A DNA stretch of 64,000 bases from contig OX597835.1 in assembly GCA_951406725.2 (NCBI GenBank), positions 6,262,001 to 6,326,000 of the forward strand. The letters are read 5' to 3'. Shown piece by piece: positions 60,921-64,000 of this stretch; positions within the stretch are counted from its first letter, which is position 1; each line of letters opens with the position of its first letter. The notes beneath the pieces are model-generated. The model worked only from the letters and a program-made list of their open reading frames with translations. It had not been told where the DNA came from and searched no databases. The stretch is from Octopus vulgaris (taxonomy: Eukaryota). The position numbers and the translations under genes are program-made.

Positions 60921-61205
60921 TCTTTATATGTAAAAGTGAAGTTGTGTGAGTGTCTGTCTCCTACGATTTAGATTCCTAACTACTCCCACATTTTGCGGTG
61001 CAGTGTAACCAAAAGCGGGTATCTTATAGTCATGATTCATATCGATCCCTTCTGGGATGAGTCTACGATTTTACAAAAAATTTACCATCATTTTTTCCCA
61101 TTTTTAATGCATTTTTTGGCTATTATATAAAGGAAGAAACTCTATAAAAATGCTTACATAGTTATTTCCCTTACAAACCCGAGCAACGCCGGGCGATACT
61201 GCTAG
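60921..61205 (+). mobile_element. Non-autonomous Helitron
   Basis: A|TC start, subterminal hairpin CCCGAGCAACGCCGGG, CTAG|T end, no TSD. Confidence 0.88.
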
Positions 61206-62156
61206 TCATTAATAATTAAATAAAGTTGGTTTACTCTTAAACTATTCTCCTATCTTTATATCTGCCCTTCCTAATATCAAACATTTTACCATCTGCATTA
61301 AGTGCTCTTTCCATACCATCAGCACAACCAATGTTGCCATGCAGCTTGCAAGACCCAAGCCCTGAAGAAGCAGAGTTGGCTTTATGCTAGGGGATGAGGG
61401 CTTAAAATGTGAGAGAGAAGAGGGTAGGGCAGATTTTTAACTTCTTTTACCTGTCTCAAATCATTGGACTGTGTCCATGCTGGGGCACTGCCATGCAGGG
61501 TTTAGTTTAACAAACTGGTCTTAGTACTTATTTTTTAAAATCTGGTACTTATTCTATCAGTCTTTTTTGCTGAGTTGCTAAGTTACAGGGATGTAAATAA
61601 ACCAACACTGGTTGTTAAATGGTATGGGAGAAGGGGACAAACACAAGCACAAAAAGATATTTACAACAGGCTTCCATACAGTTTCTTATTTCTTTATTGC
61701 CCACAAGGGGCTAAACACAGAGAGGACAGACAAATGGATTAAGTCGATTATATCGACCCCAGTGCATAACTGGTACTTAATTTATCGACCCCGAAAGGAT
61801 GAAAGGCAAAGTCGACCTTGGCGGAATTTGAACTCAGAACGTAAAGACAGACGAAATACCACTAGGCATTTCACCCGGTGTGCTAACGTTTCTGCCAGCT
61901 CGCCACCTTAATAAGTACCAGTTATGCACTGGGGTCAATGTAATCAACTTAATGTCCTTGTTTGTCCCCTCTATGTTTAGCCCCTTGTGGGCAATAAAGA
62001 AATAAGAATATTTTGGCCGGATATGGTCAGTTTAAATTCTAAAGAATTTAATAAATGTGGTGATTGTTGCTTGAGTATAAGATGTGACGAGTTTGTTGAT
62101 GGTAAATAGTCACAGACAGCTTATTTCTACTGGAGAAAAGCCACACCATAGCAAAA

Positions 62157-62535
62157 TATCAACCATCGAACAAACAATAACTCTGAGCACCTTTTCAAAC
62201 TCCACCCATCTAACACCCGTGGACATATTTACAAAGTCAGAAAACAGCACAGCTCCCATGACTTCAGGAAACATTTTTTCACGCTGAGAGTTGCTGAAGC
62301 ATGGAACAAACTGCCGGCATCAGTTGTTAGTTGTCGGAGCACTGCATCCTTCAAAACTTCCATGCTTCCTGAGATTCGCCAACACTACACCTGATTTTCT
62401 CCCCTCCGTACACACGCAAGCATGTATCTGACTCATGCATTGTTCGCTTTCCAGACATTTGTACATTACTGCATATACTCTGACAAGTTGTGGTGCACCT
62501 GAGCACTGTATACAATAATTTCATTATTATTATAT
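62157..62535 (+). mobile_element. CR1-like LINE 3' end with 3' UTR and (ATT)n tail
   Basis: Same ORF2 C-terminus as 45175, stop codon, UTR, ATTATTATT tail. Confidence 0.85.
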
Positions 62536-63462
62536 TAAAATGACTTCTGTGCCTGGATAACATTACAAATTTTTTAGCTTCATCTTATCCAGCTTCAACA
62601 TGGAAGCACAAACAGTATTTCCATTAAGGAAACTATCTGATGATGATATATACACATATATATACACAGACAGTAAGTGAGAGATATGCTCAATATAAAA
62701 TGCACGTAGTAGTGCTCAAGTGAATTTGAACTCAAAGTTCGGGGACGTAAACACACCAGCATCGGTTGTCAAGCAATGTTGGGGGGGACAAACACACACA
62801 CACACATATATATATACATACATATATACGACGGGCTTCTTTCAGTTTCCATCTACCAAATCCACTCACGAGGCTGTGGTCGGCCTGAGGCTACAGTAGA
62901 AGACACTTGGCCAAGGGTGCCACACAGTGGGACTGAACCCAGAACCATGTGGTTGGTAAGCAAGCTACTTACCAAACAACCACTGCGTAGGGTTTTTTTT
63001 TGTAGTAGAGCAGCATGGTTGGGGCAGTAGAGAATGATGAGGTGTTTAAGGGGCCATTTATCCCCCCCACCCCCGAAGTGAATAGAAGTGGGCAGGTAAA
63101 GGTTCGCAAGATTGTATGGGGAGCAGGAGATAAGGGGATAGGGGAGGCAGCCTGCATCTGTCAGAAAATAAGTTAAGTCGGGTTGAAGGGTGATGATCGA
63201 TAAGTCACGGGGTGGGGGAAGAATAGAGGGGTGCGGGAGGGAGTGGTTGGGGGGGATAGAATAATCATAATACAGATGATAGGGGTGGGTTGAGGGCAGG
63301 AGAGAGATGACAGGTGAGGTAGGTATTGAGTATGATGATGGGAGATAGTTCGGTTCTTTTCGCTATGAAGGCAAATTTAAATAATTAAAACACGGCAGTT
63401 CTAATTTCATTAATCTTTGAACAAATTAAGATACACAAATGCGGCTGCACAGGAAAAAATAT

Positions 63463-63888
63463 AGCAATCTTTCGTCTCTAGTAGACCTTTCCGTCGATTT
63501 CCGTAAAAAAATTTTTTTTTTTTACATATGGGCTTGCGGGAACTTTTGAAGTAATGAGAGCGAAAGAGACTAAGAGAAAGCGATTGTATGACGAGGGAAG
63601 TTCTTTTGAAGTTACCGTGCATGGGAAGCATTGATGTACATGTGTGTGTGTGTGTTTGATGGGGTGTGGGAGACAGACAGTATGTTGTGTAAGTGAAATG
63701 CTTCTGTTAGTGTGTGTGAAGAGACAGAGAGAGTAATGTGTGAAAGAAAGAGATAACTGAAATTTTTTACTCGGTGTATGTGTATATGTATGTATATTAC
63801 TTCAAAAGTTCCCGCAAGCCCATATGTAAAAAAAAAAAAAATTTTTACGGAAATCGACGGAAAGGTCTACCAGAGACGAAAGATCGCC
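63463..63888. mobile_element. MULE-like MITE, second copy with shortened right TIR
   Basis: Near-identical to 52004-52614; inner part of the right TIR is deleted; TSD only partial. Confidence 0.85.
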
Positions 63889-64000
63889 AAAAATAGCCAG
63901 TCCCTGATTCACAGCTGTGAAGAAGAGAAAAAAAAACAACACCGATTTTTCCTTTCGATCGCAGAATTCGTAAACTGGAAATTCTTCCGCCCGATCCAAG

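Noticed and set aside
63000-63350. Possible Penelope-type fragment (TCP...GP...LLY) on minus
   Set aside because: Too degenerate to support without an alignment.

Overview
AT-rich, microsatellite- and transposon-dense animal genomic DNA. The SINE families and the single-exon 'MENEL' C2H2 zinc-finger genes point to an octopus or other coleoid cephalopod (inference). Almost every entry in the ORF track is a simple-repeat or SINE artefact. Genes I can support: (1) an 8-exon minus-strand CABCOCO1/C10orf107-like ciliary gene (41355->25612, 320 aa), rebuilt by hand with GT-AG junctions in consistent phase; (2) two divergently transcribed C2H2 zinc-finger genes (45808-46452 minus, 58705-59706 plus) and a third, decayed paralogue. 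Mobile DNA includes several SINE families, LINE fragments (R4/Dong, CR1, RTE), Gypsy pieces, Tc1/mariner, hAT and Mutator-like MITEs, a Helitron and Penelope-like remnants. The most striking hidden signal is a set of minimal type-I hammerhead-ribozyme motifs with palindromic stem III in Penelope-type repeats. Several sit inside near-perfect foldback palindromes, and one family carries a G3:C8 swap of the catalytic-core pair. Also notable: a SINE whose target-site duplications all begin with GGTAT and which forms head-plus-multimer arrays at its own internal GGTAT, and an oriented AATTCTTCCGCC motif at the inferred zinc-finger promoters. No alignments, folding programs or database searches were run; family names come from recognised motifs.
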